Counted from the stretch's first letter, positions 28,682 through 43,249 are shown. The stretch: DNA of 64,000 bases from Octopus sinensis (GCF_006345805.1 NC_043008.1:53816001-53880000); one strand, 5' to 3'. Numbers and translations: made by a program. Notes: generated by a model not told the origin, from the letters alone.

Positions 28682-28712
28682 GTTATTATTATTATTGTTG
28701 TTATTATTATTT
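27810..28712. repeat. (GAT)n/(GAC)n, GA-rich and (TTA/TTG/TCA)n tracts
   Basis: Directly visible; source of the poly-L/M/Y ORFs. Confidence 0.9.
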
Positions 28713-29524
28713 TATCACAAATTAGCTATGGAAATAAACACACCATTAAGAAATATAATGTGTGCAATTATAGTTTTGGTTTTTGTTTACTTATAAGCAA
28801 GCAAAATTACGTGACATCATGAATCGTTTCGAAAAGTCTTTTAGAAACGCAAAACGTGATATTTCGAAAAGAAAGCTATAAATACCATTTATTACTTTAA
28901 AGTCATCCTTCTTAAATAATTATTTTAAAATTAAGAATCTTTTTCAAAGAAAAAAAAATGTACTTTTAATTAATGCTTTGAAAATATTTTTTTATTTTAT
29001 TTTCATCTTATTCATCATCATCATCATCATTGCCATTTTTGTTATTATCGTTATTTTTTCAATTTCATCAATCTATTGAAATGGCGCTATTTTAGGTTTA
29101 AGAATATTTTAAAATATAATTCCAGACGTTAAACAAAAAATAATTGATAAATAAAATGCAAGCTAGTATAAACTTAAAATAACATAAATTTATAAATTAA
29201 ATATAGTTAATAATGTACATAAGAGGTGATTATGTAATTATATACAACTTAGGTTATCCATATTAATTAACGAGGAGTGTAATCAGTTAAACAGATGGTC
29301 AGTACTGGACTGGTACTTAAATTATTGTCCCTGGAAGAATGTAAAAGCAGAATCAGTCCCGACACTAATTCAAGCCCGGCATATAAAGTTATATAAATAT
29401 ATGCCTGCTAACATTAGTGTGTTTCATGTGTAGCCGAATCCTTGGAACTAAGGTTGCGTCGAATGCACTGAGAAGCTGTGATCCAAAGTTAGCGAAGATC
29501 AATAATTAAAGTGAAAGATAAGAG

Positions 29525-30200
29525 CTGCTAGCTGGCAGAATCGTTACCATGTCGGGCAAAATAATTATCGACATTGCCTCCATCATTACATTCTGAGTTC
29601 AAACTCCGCCGAGGTCAACTTTGCCTTTCAAACTCTCTGGATCAATTTAGCATTGAGGTCGATTTTATCGACCGGTTCCCTCCTCTAAAATTTCAGACCT
29701 TCTGTGTATAGCAAAAAGGAGTATTACAATTACGCTCTGGGTTCAAATTCTATTGAGTTAACATCCTTTCGGGGTTTTAACACCAATATTTAAATCGAAA
29801 ATTAAGGGCGGTAAGCTGGTAGAACCGTTTGCATGCCGGGCAGAATGCTTTATGGCATTTCGTCCGTCATGACTCTGTATTCAAGTTCCACCGACATCAG
29901 CTTTGCTTTTTGTCCTTTCGGGGCCGATATAATAAGTACCAGTTGAATACTGAGATCAAAGTTATCGATTTACCCACTCTCCAGAAACTGTTAGCCTTGT
30001 GCCAAAATTTGAAACAAATATTTAAAGTGAAAAATCGGTCGACGAGCTTTCTACGGTCTGTATTCAAATCTGGCCTGGATCAAATTTCTTTCATCCTTTG
30101 GGGGTCGATAAAACAGTGTACCAGTCAAGTACTGGAGATCATGAAATCGATTTACAACTTCCGCTTAGAAATACTGGCCTTGAGCCAAAATTAGAAACAA
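29525..30200 (+). mobile_element. Cluster of 3-4 co-oriented SINE family A copies
   Basis: AGCTGGCAGAATCGTT, GAGTTCAAA and GCCTTTCATCCTTTCGGGG motifs recur near 29530, 29735, 29810 and 30060. Confidence 0.8.
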
Positions 30201-30589
30201 AATCTTTTAATGGTCTACATCAAAGCAGTGATTTCTCAAATGGTTATTGTGTATACTCTTTGGTGATATATATTGGCGAAATATTTATTGAAATTAAAGA
30301 CACCTTTAGCCTGAATAGATGAGTGTTTTAGATACAGCACACACACTAGTCGGCCATCGATTCATATTTATGAATGGAAGACTAGAATAAGAGAATAATG
30401 GATAATTTCATTTAATTGTTCAATTAAAGCATTGATTGATTGATTAATTGATTGACGCACTGATAGTTTGATTGATGTATTGTTTGAAATGTATGTAGCA
30501 AAGTTTATTACCTCAGGCGCATATTTTACTGTCCCTGACATAGGCACATATCCTCGGCTAGTTCTATAGCCAGGAATTATTTAAAACTT

Positions 30590-30715
30590 GTCTGTGTGGT
30601 AAAGAAGCTCACTTTGCAACCACACGGTTTCAGTTTCAGTCCCCCTGTACAGCACTTTGGCAAGTGTTTTCTATTTCTGCAGGCCAACCAATGCTGGAAA
30701 TTTTGTGGAAATCCG

Positions 30716-30720
<5 letters not shown>
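30590..30720 (+). mobile_element. SINE family B 5' part
   Basis: TGTGTGGTAAAGAAGCT...CAACCACACGGTTTC...GCACTTTGGCAAGTG. Confidence 0.75.
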
Positions 30721-30766
<46 letters not shown>

Positions 30767-30830
30767 CAGGAAAAATTGCAAACGGAGACAAACGCTCAAG
30801 ATGTTATTAAATCATTTATATTTTCATATC

Positions 30831-30917
30831 ATCGTCATACGTTTCGACGGATGTATTTTGAATACATCCGACAGAATGAATAATGATCAGCAATACATCA
30901 GTCTCATCAGTGAAGAT
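30831..30917 (-). ncRNA. Type-I hammerhead ribozyme, intact core
   Basis: On -: atcttca-CTGATGA-gactgatgtatt...aatacatccgtc-GAAA-cg-TA-tgacgat. Stem I pairs 6/7, stem II pairs 11/12, stem III is minimal and palindromic (A-CG-U), and the cleavage triplet is GUA. It sits in a (TA)n-flanked island at 30768-30978. Confidence 0.85.
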
Positions 30918-30975
30918 ATAAACAACAGTGCTCAACAATTAGACATACTAACAGATATAAGAAACCACATAAAAT

Positions 30976-31007
<32 letters not shown>

Positions 31008-31619
31008 CGCATATGCAGACACGTACGCACATACACATCTACATATATACACATCCACACATAAGTATACATATATATACGCATACATGCATACATACGT
31101 ACACACATACATATACTCACAGTATACACGTATAAATATACGCATACGTTTATAGACGTCTACGATACGTCTTTACACACAGACAGACGTACACATACAC
31201 GCACACGCCGAAGAGCATACACTTGCCCAAAGCACATATACACCCAAACATATAAATACATTCACAGACCCACACCTACATAAACACATACATTTGTACA
31301 CATAGATAGTATAGAAACATTCAGGAACAAATACAGATATATACGCATATACATATATGGAAAGCTAAGTATTGAAAATACCGTTAAGGAAATATACTTC
31401 ATAGGGTGAGAGAAGAGAACGTATAGATACATAGAGAGGGGGTAAGAAGAAGACAAAGTTAAAATAAAGAGAGAAGAGAGAGGAATGGGCAAAATTTGAT
31501 GGATGAAAGATGCGCAGAAAAGCTGAAGTGAGGAACAAAGGTTATAGGAAGTAAGAATAAAGATTAACGAAAAGAGAATTTACAGAAATTATTATTAAGT
31601 AAGGGATTGATACTATTTA

Positions 31620-32050
31620 GTAAAAGCGGAAGAGTGTTTTTTTTCCAATGTACACACCTGTAGACTCACTCAATAAACGTGTCCACTAGTTATGTTTGCT
31701 AAAGGGGATAGAAAATTCCTCTTCCGTGCAGAGAGGACAGAAAGATTTCCCTTTGTCATAGGGTTATGGTCTAGATAAAATTTTCCAATCTAAAGTAAAA
31801 GGTTTGTTAGTATCTTTAAGGTGCTAGATTATTTTACTAAGTCCTGTGGAATTGTATTTCAAGGTAGAAGAGTGGTTCGCCACTCTGGATTTCAAATGAG
31901 TCTACGTGGTCTCTAAGTTTGTTACAATAGTACCTAGGGTTAAACAATAACATCACCATTTGCTTAATTTTCTCCTGCCACATGGCTAAAATTTAAACCA
32001 GTTCATTATTGATGAATATTTTATGGACCACAGATTGATTAAAGATACTT
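31620..32050 (-). mobile_element. Penelope-like GIY-YIG endonuclease fragment, pseudogenised
   Basis: On -: LKSRVANHSSTLKYNSTGLSKII*HLKDTNKPFTLDWKILSRP*PYDKGKSFCPLCTEE. This fits the PLE pattern FKxRxxNH...STxLSKxIWxLK...WxIL...PY...CxLCxxE. Confidence 0.8.
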
Positions 32051-32579
32051 TATAGTTCACTCCGAGCCGAGCCAGTTATGTACTGATAGGGCACAGGGTA
32101 GAGAAACAACGTTTATCTAGCGTGTCTTATAATGCATGCAAATGTATCTTGGTTTCTATCTTCAGAAAATAGATTGCAAAATAGCGTGAAACTGAATCGG
32201 TCCCAGTGGATACATAAATCTTTAATCGCAGAGAGATTAAGAAGAAAAATAATCCGCCTCTACGATTTGAAGTCGGAATGTAAAGGATCTTAAATATTAA
32301 ATGGTATTTTGTTTCTTCTCATGCACAAGGTTAAAGATTTTCATAATTCGTTGTAAACAAAACAAGTAGAGATGCAAAGCAACATGAAATTCTTAATGTC
32401 TTAACATGATATAAAAATATATTTAAAAGTTTAAGATATAGATCTGAAGAAGTGATTAATCTGAAAAGATATTGTTTACTACACATAAAAAATTCGATCT
32501 CACTTAATGCTTCAATTCTATTCTACCGAAATTATTAGAGAGGGAATTGATTAAAATATCTGCTATGGGAAATAACAAT

Positions 32580-33007
<428 letters not shown>

Positions 33008-33014
33008 GCATATA

Positions 33015-33280
33015 TAGGTAGAAGACGTCCCAAAACGTAAACAGCATGAAATACGAACTTTTTTATTCGAACAACGAAACAAATGGTAAATAAAACAAGT
33101 AACAACAAGAACGACCCTTCATCAGTTGTCGAATGTTTATCTACTCCACATTTCGAGCAATTACAACAATATGTGCATTCGAGAAAACAGTTGCTCCCGC
33201 AAATCAAAGAAAAATTTGGGATTTGCGGAGGGTCAAATTTGGTAACAAAAACAGGACAGTGAAAAGAAACAGTGGACTGG
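33015..33280 (-). mobile_element. Microsatellite-associated dispersed repeat, same family as 43250-43950
   Basis: Reverse complement shares TTTTCACTGTCC, TTTGACCCTCCGCA, GAGCAACTGTTTTCTCGAA and GACAACTGATGAAGGGTCGTTCTT. Confidence 0.8.
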
Positions 33281-35319
33281 CGCAACGTGAAATATATTTC
33301 CTCACTTAAGGGCACAATACACCGCTAGGTATCGAACTCACAATCTTACGATCTTGAGCCGACTACTCTAACCTCTTAGCCACGTGTCTTCAACCATACG
33401 TACATATAAACTTTATCACTATCACATACTTAATGTGTATGCATTGTTAAACGTTTGAGGTTTTGGTAGTTCAACCTCAAGAAAGTCCCTTTAAAGGCAG
33501 GGGTGAAAGAGAATGTTCTGTTAATCGGTGACGTATACTCACCTCACTTCCGAAAGCAATTCGAATTGCGAGCGAGAACAATATAAAGATGGCAGAAGCT
33601 CTATCAACTGATGTGTAAAATGGTTGCCGTTCACTTCTTGGTTCGTGTCGCTTAGTATACTTCAAAAAGTATACTGTGTTTTATATTACTATAGCTCTTT
33701 AAAGGAACCTCTCTTAGATGAAGTACTACAGTTACAAGTGCGTAACCACACATATACACTATGTGATAATGATAATCTTTACTTTATTGGTCTCCTTCTA
33801 ACTGAAAATTAGAATTTTGTTCTACTTGTGCTGCGCATTTGGACATCAGCAAATAGGTTTTATGCCACGTGTATATACTTCTGGCTGGCAGAATTATATA
33901 CGCGTAGCGAGGCTTTAGTGTCCAATGTGCTGCGCAGTAGGAGTGAACCTGAAATCATATGGGTTCGAAGCATGATGTTTAAACACGCAGCCATGCTAGG
34001 GTCTATTTTATTACTCTTTTTCAGTATTTCTGAATAGAACGGTATGGCTAAAGATTCCTGTTTAAATTTACCTTCCGCCATATATGCAAATTTTGATATG
34101 TTTTTAGTGATTTCTGCTGCCAAATACTTGCTTCAATGCTGCATGATTAATGGTTAGCTTTAATATAGTTGCTTTCTATGTTATAATAATTTTCATGTCA
34201 TAAGTTCATCTTGAGTTTCGTTTAAGACTGTATCAATTAAATACAGTCCTCTAACGAATGATGGCAGAAAAATGTTGATCTGTTAAAAGCAAGAAGTGCT
34301 TAGCAGTATAAGAAAAAAAGAGGTGTAAATCATAAGTTAGCAGTTTCTCTGCTTGGTATTGCATAGCGATGGTTTATAGTTATAGTAGACATCTTTGAAT
34401 TTATACTTGATTATAGGTGTGCTCTGTCAGGACTGATTTAGGATATGCAACAACATCAAATACAATAACATCGCATAGATATATGATCCCGAACATAAAG
34501 CCACAGAATCTGCAGGAACTGTATTTAGATTTTATCTATTCATTTTCCTTTCTGGTATATGTGTTATCGACGCTATAGAGGTAAAATATAGAGTTAGATC
34601 TGGCGAAATTTGAACAGAGAATGTAAAGATACGACCATATATGATACATATAATATATGGTATCCCGCACCATTTACTTTGATGTTGTGTTATATCAGTC
34701 TTTATCAGAGACCTTTCTACGGGTATTAACCTTATTAAGCTGGTTAACCCTTCGCAAAGTTGGTGCATGAATCACAACAGATGTTTTGGAAGAAATATTC
34801 ACAAACTACATCGAAATTTTGCAGATCGATTCGCCAACTTGTCATGGTAACATAGTTACGTATTATCTGTCACCATAATCTAAATATATTACCGAATTAT
34901 TGATCAATTGAATATATTTTAATGTCTTCCATTTTTACACTTCATTACTCTCTTTTCACATATTTTTGAAGAAATTATTGCAAGTATATTATTATCTACT
35001 TATTTTCTTTATAATTTGAAGCCAATATTCTTTTCGAAATTCTTTCGAAAGTCAATGTTAAATCTACTGTGACATTTGTCATGTGGTTGCTTTAGTGGGG
35101 TTTTTTAAATATATTTTTATATGAATGTTTAGCAAAACTACCTTCAACATTTGCATTTTTCTCAATAAATAGTTTTAACTGCGAGGATATAATCCTTGAA
35201 ACCTCTTCAAACATATAATGAAGTTTGACATTTCAAAAACACCGCAGGATATATTAAATCAGTTGTAAGAAATGGTCGGCAGATGGTGCAAACAAATAGA
35301 ATGTAAGCATATATAATTG

Positions 35320-35390
<71 letters not shown>

Positions 35391-35516
35391 CTCTCTCTCT
35401 CTCTCTCTCTCTTTATATATATATATATAAAGAGAGAGAGAGAAAGAGAGGCAAATTCAACAATAAAAAAGACAAAAAGCGATAACAAGATATAAATATA
35501 TATATATATATTATAT

Positions 35517-35570
<54 letters not shown>

Positions 35571-36029
35571 CACACACACACTGGTGTGTGTGAGTGTGTG
35601 TGTATTGACATTCATGACATCATCTGGAACATAAACGTTTAATTCAGATTTTTAAAGAAACGTATTAATATTTATGAGTTAACATAAAACAGATCATGTT
35701 AGAATATTTGAGGTTAAGAAGATTCGTTAAATATTCAGTCTCAGTCATGTTTCTCAGGATAAAATTATCGATCCTGCTCTGACGAAAGGACGTTAGAAGT
35801 ATGTTAAATACTTATCTGCAACTAATGTGTAAACAAAAAAGACCCCCTGCAGTCGATCGACCTACTAAATGCAATAACCAAAGATGATCTTCCTGTCTTA
35901 AAGAAAGTTGCTTCACGTCTGACAATTTATTTCTGGTTTGACTATGTCTACGAAAATGACGTAAGGTTAATTGATTATGTGTCTTTGATTTTAAGATAAT
36001 AAACCGAGTGCTTCAGTGTTCAGTTCCAA

Positions 36030-36345
36030 TGAGTGAAGCCTCGTGGCTTAGTGGTTAGAGTATTCGTGATCGTAAGGCCGTGAGTTCGATTCCCGGCAGC
36101 GCTTTGGGTCCTTGAGCAAGATACTTTATTTCACGTTACTACAGTCGATGAAGACGTCAAAATGAATTACTCGTAATTCAAAGAGCCACCCTTTTCACAT
36201 TCTATATTCCCCTGAATTTCCCTGAGAACTACGTGAAGGGTATGCGTTTCTGTGGACTGCTCGGCCACTTGCACGTTAATTTCATGAACAGTTCGTTCCG
36301 TTGATCGGATCAACAGGAACACATAGCGTAACTGACAGAGTGACA
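36030..36345 (+). mobile_element. SINE family C
   Basis: GTGGCTTAGTGGTTAG (A box)...GAGTTCGATTCCC (B box)...CCTGAGAACTACGT...CCACTTGCACGTTAATTTCA. Confidence 0.85.
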
Positions 36346-36379
36346 GGCCTTGGTCGAGGGTTTTCACTTTGAGTAAGTG

Positions 36380-36660
36380 GCTCCTACAGCAATGTATGTG
36401 TATGTGTATGAATGTCTTTGCGTGTGAGAGTGTGACTATGTGTGTATGAGTGCGTGTGTGTTTTCATATTAGTACCGCCACCACTTGTCAACCAACGTTG
36501 GTTTATTCACGTTTCCGTAACTTTATAAGTTCACAGAAAGAGCCGATAAAATTTGGACTAGTTTTAAAATAAGTACTGGACCCGATTTGTCTGACTACAA
36601 CTTTCAAAGCACTGTGCTATCAGGGGCGCAATCCAATAGCTGAAACAAGTAAACGAAAAA
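36380..36660 (+). mobile_element. SINE family B 3' half, decayed
   Basis: CACTTGTCAACCAACGTTGGTTTATTCACGTTTCCGTAAC...GCTGAAACAAGTAAA. Confidence 0.65.
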
Positions 36661-38045
36661 CGGTTTATATATGAAGTATAATATCTAAATATACTCCATT
36701 CAGTACAATATTCTAGGAAATTATAAAAAAGAAATCTTACGATCATATAGCTGACACCCTAACCACTAAGCCACGCGCCTCAACCTAGGAAATTAGAGTG
36801 AAATGTTATTGATAACTGATGGGAAACAAACCAATATCATCCACATGATAATATATACATCACACTTCAGCGAAATAAGATTACTCGAAATTTCCGAGTG
36901 TAATCCCCTCTGGCGGTGGCACTCCAAAAACAGCGAGAGGACACTTAGGTGTCATGATCTGAGTGTGCCCGGCTCCCTTACAGTTTAACGAACTAACAGA
37001 CGGAAAGTCTCGCTTGATGGAAATCTTTCATCTGAAGACTTCTCCTGCTGTAACAAGTGTCTTAGTAGTTGTTTTGCTGAAGCTGACGGTGGGATGTAAA
37101 CTGCAAGCTCCTCGATGGTTTGTCTGATATTTTATATTGATCAAACCAACTGAAATTCGTTTGTGTCTTAGATGTGCGATGTATCCTAAGGCAATGTGTT
37201 CGAATATTGTAGTAATTAAAATAAGATCTATTTATCAAATAATGAATTGCAGAATGATTAATCACATCTATACAAACTGCTTAAAATGCTTATTCGTCCT
37301 CCGTGTTTCATCCATCATTGGTGGAGAGCAGATAATTGGCATTTATTGGATAAAACATATATTTTAAAGAGTTAATACCATTAGAAACAGAGATAAGTAC
37401 GGGATGGATATGGCAGAGACAGAAAGCAGGCTTCCAACGTTTGATAACAAATTAATAAAATAATTAATAATAAAATGACAAAAATACAAAACACAATTTG
37501 AACTCATTAGTTATAGTTTCATTTGGTCTTTGATTAAGTCTAATTAACTTTAATCAAATTTCCACAATGTTTCTTCCAATATCCCATATACGGAAGATGT
37601 GTAAATGAAGTGGATCAATCTTGGAAGTTTGAAAGTAAATTAAAAATTTTTAGTTACGAAGCAAATTTTCTGGATGAATCCACCTCGAGCCTAATTTTCA
37701 TCAGTACATTCTAGATTTAATTTTAAGCCATTAGAACTTGTATTAGTTTTAAAATAATTAAATTTGATAAATGGAATATTTATTGCTGTGTGTGAGAAGG
37801 AATTAATCTTGACTGAAACATGACATTGTCAATTTCTTTAAATTATCTTCAAATTTCAAAGTTTATTTTGTTTCGCTTTTTATTATTATTATTTCTTTTA
37901 ATTAGAAATGCATTTTGTGAAGAATAGCCTCGTTGTGAGTATGGTCCAGTGTTTTGATCATCGCAGTTTCAATAGTGCAAGAGATAAGAATGAGTGTCCG
38001 TGTGTGTATGTGTGTGCGGGCGGGCGTGTTTCATCCGCAAACGCG

Positions 38046-38097
<52 letters not shown>

Positions 38098-38159
38098 ATG
38101 TGTGTGTGTGTGTGTCCTTCAGTTTAATGTTAAATTGTTTTATATTTATAAATTGATAA

Positions 38160-38320
38160 AACATGCTGTGTGGTAAGAAACTTGCTTCCCAACAACATGG
38201 TTCCGGGTACAGTCCCATTGCGTAGCACCGTGGGTATGTGTCTTCTGCTATAGACTCGAGTCGATCAAAACCTTGTAAGTGGATTAGGTAGTCGGAAACT
38301 GAAAGAAGCCCGTCGTATAT
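38160..38320 (+). mobile_element. SINE family B 5' part
   Basis: GCTGTGTGGTAAGAAACTTGCTTCCC...GGAAACTGAAAGAAGCCCGTCGTATA. Confidence 0.85.
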
Positions 38321-38484
38321 ACATAAGGGGAACATAAAGATCTCCCACATTTGGAGGAGGCAACATGTGGACTAGAGAAGCGGGGCAGGCTTCATTTGGA
38401 AGGCTAAGATTTGCCATTTTTGCATTCATTATTATTGTTTTAGGTTCTACCATTTTTGTATTCATCCTTAATTACTTAAAAACT

Positions 38485-38739
38485 TTGAAGGGAGACGTAA
38501 GGTCGCCAGCAAAATCACCAGATTTAAGCACTTGTGATTTTATTCCTTTGCAGTTACTTAAAGGAAAAAGTATTCCGACATTGTCCCGAACTCTTGAGGA
38601 TTTGAAAGAAAGGGTTCGTGAGGAAATCAACGCAATACCACATGGAATGACACGGGGAGTCATGGGGAACTTCCAGGAATGCCAGCATCAATGTATTCCC
38701 AACAACAGCCGTCATTTACCTAATATAGTTTTTATGTAA
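38485..38739 (+). pseudogene. Mariner-like transposase C-terminal fragment
   Basis: GDVRSPAKSPDLSTCDF...RTLEDLKERVREEINAIP...QCIPNNSRHLPNIVF resembles WPxRSPDLxPxDFFLWG...TLxxLKxxIxxEIxxIP, with D as the third catalytic residue. Confidence 0.8.
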
Positions 38740-38880
38740 CTTTCAGGAACATAATACATTTTTTCCTGGATGGTTGTGTTCTCTTTCTATATTGTTTTAT
38801 TCTAACTTCTAAAGCTTAAATTTTTTTATTAGTTGATATTTATATGTTTCAGGTTCTATATGTGACTGTTTAATCATTCC

Positions 38881-39999
38881 ATGTACAAATAAAGCCTTGG
38901 AACTGTCTGAATTTCAAAGAAGCTATATTGTGGGTCAATCTGAAGCTGGACATCCTGCTTTCTACAGTTCATAGAGTGATGATTGTGCAATTCACCAGAG
39001 AGGAGAAGAAGTCCACATCACATCACCTAGGTTGACCAGGGCTCTCAGACAGGATCCTTCCCTTTGTTAAGAGAGGTATGGAGGATATTCCTCCTTGCAA
39101 GGCATCTGACATAGCAGAACACGTTGATGTCAGTCCCAGAACAGCTGTCAGGCATCTCCGCAAACTTGATTACTATGGCAGAACAGCAAGAAGGAAGTCA
39201 TTTCTTTGACCAGCCAATATCAAGCGGGGAAAAGATTGGGTCAGTGAGATGGTGGAGTGGCCACTAGCATTTTGGGACACGCTTATTTTCTCTAGTGAGT
39301 CCAGATTTACTGCATTTTCTGAGTGATCGGGCATGGGTCTAGAGACTCTGTGATCGAGAATTTGACGTGAAAAGATTACAGTCAACAATGAAACATGGCA
39401 GCTATTCTGTGATGGTCGAGGAACAATTTGGAGCAATGGTCAATCAGATTTGGTGGAGTGTGAAGGAAACATAAACTCAGATAAGTATATGACCCATGCA
39501 TTTCAGAAAGGACTCCCTCCAATCTTCTCCAGGGTGAAATGATTAAAGAAAACTTTATTTACGGAAGATGGGGCTCGTTGTCACACGGCTAAAATGACCC
39601 AAAGTTTGTTGGATGAGAATAGCATTAAAAATCTTCCATAGCCAAGCCGGTCACTAGATATGAATCCTATTGAACACCTCTGGGACGTAATGGACAGAAC
39701 GCTTCATAAAAAGAACAAGAAAGCCTCTTCTAAACCAGATCTTTTGAGATTACTGCATGAAACTTGGCAAGAATTTCCTCAAGAGAATATTCGTCATCTG
39801 CTCGTTAACATGCCTAATATGATTCTAGCATTGAAAAATACGAGGGACATGTCTACTATTAAATACTCATGTCCACTATTAAATACATGTCTACTATTAA
39901 GTACTCACATTATATCACAATTAAATAATTTGAATATGTAATTTCAGATTTAAATAACTTTGAACGATTATAGGGATGTCTACTTCTGTCATGGCTGTG
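38881..39999 (+). mobile_element. Tc1-family (DD34E) transposon with dead transposase and retained right TIR
   Basis: ELSEFQRSYIVG, VSPRTAVRHL, ARRKSFL, IFSSESRF (first D lost), TMKHG, EDGARCHTAK...SLDMNPIEHLW, with exactly 34 codons between D and E. Stops and frameshifts are present. It ends GGGATGTCTACTTCTGTCATGGCTGTG|TA; no left TIR was found. Confidence 0.92.
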
Positions 40000-40879
40000 T
40001 ATTTATAACAAGGTGTAGCCTTCTCACAATTTGCCAACCTGAAATTTCACTCACAGAGTATTAGCCGAACATAAGTTGTTGTTTGTAGTGAGATGGAACC
40101 CAGTAAAATATGCCTTAGTAACTATCTTCTTGACCATAAATTCATACTACTGCATACAAACGGAAGAAACATAAAAATAAAGGGCATGAGTCTATTCGAA
40201 TTTCCAATTCTGCTAATTGCTAATCTTTCTTAAAATGAGATTTTAACTTGATAGTAACGGAACATGAAGGAAATTGAAATTTCCCCCAAATTGACAATTT
40301 CACAACGCAATTATGTAATAATTATTGGAAAGTTTTCCTTCGAAATTTCGCTTTATTGATTATCTCTTTAGTATTCGTTAGTTTGATCTCGATGTAGTGT
40401 TCGTTTTTTCCAAGTTCCTTATAATGTAATAAACCCTTTGTGTGTGTGTGTGTGTGTGTGTATGTGTGTGTGTGTAAAAACTTATCCAACACAGTCACAA
40501 GTTCAGTTAAAAGGATAATTCAAGCATTTTATATAAAAAAAATCTGTAATTTTAATTCATTTAAATGTTCCAATCCAGAGAGTCTGAACATACTAGGACA
40601 CTGCTATTTAATTTAATTTAATTTAATTTTTTTACAGAAACCACGTTAAGGGCGTAAATCCATTAAAGTCTTGCGTTTAGTTAGTTTCAAATTAATAGCT
40701 TAGTATTATGATAACTAGCTTGTACTAAACACCAAAACCTTGTGCCATTTATCTTCCGTTATAGCCAATGATTTACTCATGTTTTATAAGGGAAATACAA
40801 TAATTGGCATGCGGGAGTGGAAGTTATATATACATGTTTTCTGGAACGAGGTATCTCAAAGCAGATAAAAGTATAATAA

Positions 40880-41185
40880 TGTGTAAATGCAACCCGCCCC
40901 CATCCGGTCACGAATGACCATGCACAAGTCGGGGCATAGTTGTTTGTGGAAGACCAGCAATCGCCCATGCATACCAGTCTCCGATCTCCATGCCACCGAT
41001 GTTGCCAAGGGACAAGCAAATGTTGATGCAGAATGGCACAAGTGACGTCGTGACTCAGTTTTACAGGTGGGTGAAATGGAGCAACGTAAAAATAAAGTGT
41101 CTTGCTCGAGAACACTACATACAACCCGGTGCGGGAATCGAACTCACAACACCACGGTTGTAAGTCCGGCGCTCTAACCACTGCA
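40880..41185 (-). mobile_element. tRNA-derived SINE with family C-type head
   Basis: GGAGCAACGTAAAATAAAGTGTCTTGCTC...GGGAATCGAACTC...CTCTAACCACT is the reverse complement of the A/B boxes. Confidence 0.8.
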
Positions 41186-41549
41186 AAAAATGCGTTACAG
41201 ATAATAATTTGAATGGAAAATGTCTGAGGCTGCTTAGAAGGTTTAAACCCATGTCGCCTATAAACATGACATACGCTCTACTATTGGATCAAGAGAGTTC
41301 TTGAAATGTTTCTATCCACTCCATTTTAGAAACATTATTCTTACCAGCGAAAATTGTATGCTTTCGACATCACAAGAATTTCTGAGCTTCGAGAGAAAGT
41401 GAAATAATACCGTACAAAGCAGATTCGTACGCCTGCATTCAAATATTTGCACGTATAGATCCAAGATATGTCAGTTTTAAAATCCCTCCACGACATCCAC
41501 GTGTATATTATTAGAATAGCCAAGCAGTGAATGCTATTCCGGTCAGGAG

Positions 41550-42045
41550 TAAAAATAATTAAATTATTTAATTCTATTTATTAATTCATTATAGAATATA
41601 AGTATAGAAATCACGTTAATGATTTTTATCAGGTAGTCATCATGCTATAAAAATTTATAGGTAATTTATACATTAAATTAATAATAAAATAAAAATGTAT
41701 ATAATGATATTAAGGGAGAAAGGGTGGAAACGACCTAACTCTAACATGCGTAAAGTGCCGAGACCTGTATGTAGGCGTGTGAACTTGCTTTGCACGGTAT
41801 TTGTATTTATATTGCCCGTGTATTGTGCTGACGAAGGAAAAAAGCTTGTTCTTTGGTTTTAGTCCAGAAATTGGAGCCAAATCACTATTAAAGTGAGTTC
41901 TTTTTAATTTTTTAATATTCTTTCAATTGCACACTTCAATAGCACACTTTCAGTGTATATTTAATATGCAGTTTGGGGTAGTTTTTTGAAGGTCTCAGCA
42001 CTTGAAGCATGTTGGAGTTAGGACATTTTACCCCTTGGCATAATT
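41550..42045 (+). mobile_element. PLE-like remnant with a degenerate hammerhead (41822-41888)
   Basis: attgtg-CTGACGA-agga...tcca-GAAA-ttgg-ag-ccaa-at-cactat; the stems are retained, but U16.1 appears changed to A. Confidence 0.55.
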
Positions 42046-42061
42046 ATATACATATGTATAT

Positions 42062-42144
<83 letters not shown>

Positions 42145-42147
<3 letters not shown>

Positions 42148-42325
42148 CAAAGACAAAACACAACAACGCGAGACGTGGAACAAGTATAGTGTTATTGGAC
42201 GCTCGGGAAAGGAAAGAATGAAGGAGGATTTAACGTTTCGAACGAAGCACTTCGCTAGAAACATAGAAAAAGGAAAGGTTCAAGGAAGGGAAGACGGAGA
42301 AAGAAAATCGCCAACGATACACACA
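42145..42325 (-). mobile_element. PLE-like terminal repeat with a degenerate hammerhead (42228-42262)
   Basis: On -: gttt-CTAGCGA-agtgcttcgttc-GAAA-cg-TT-aaat. Homologous to 5645-5780 and abuts (TA)n at 42047-42144. Confidence 0.6.
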
Positions 42326-42661
42326 TAATTTAGCGGGTAACAGGACCAAAAGAGTTTTGTTACTCAAACTTTACTCAAAGATGCCTGGTGAGGCATATTA
42401 GATCTACTAAACAGTTCAAGGTGATGCCAGTATAGCTCCAGTGGCATAAACATAGGATAAGAGAATAAACGAATGCATAGGATACTCTGTTCTTTTGTTA
42501 TTACACACACATAAATTCATAAGTGCATACACACACAAACATAAGCACATATATGTACAGAGTGCTATACAAACATGTATTCATACATTCATATACATGT
42601 ACATACATAAATATATCTAATATCTATTTATACACACACATAAGAACATATATAATATATA

Positions 42662-42704
<43 letters not shown>

Positions 42705-43249
42705 GCACACATACATATACATATAGCTACATATACATACATAAATGCATATATATATGTATACAGGTATATATGAATATACGTATATACGTATATGTGT
42801 GTATGCATATTGTAAGTATATATGTTCGTATATATGTATATTAAATATATTAATACATTATTCTAACATCCTAGTCTATACACTCCTTACTATTTCGAGA
42901 TAAATCATTGGCTAGATTAGTGAGAGCAGAAATGTAGAATGCATATCATTTGGAAGCTTGTAATGAGATCATAGGAGATAAGAGCAAATTTACACGTCAG
43001 TAGAATTTTATCAGATTTGCAAGTAATACTTGGTGTATGTGCACCTGACATTATTCTTAACGTAGGATCACACATGTTCCAGTGAACATGTTTATACATT
43101 TATAAATGTTTTGCAATTTTGATATATATCTATCTGTTTTGTTTGTGTACGTGTTTTTGTTTGATCGTATACATGCGTACATATATATATATATTATATA
43201 TATATATATATTATATATATATATATGTATACACACTTGGAAAAAGAAT

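Noticed and set aside
30376-30392. TGGAAGACTAG matching the first 11 nt of miR-7
   Set aside because: The match ends there and no precursor hairpin is present.
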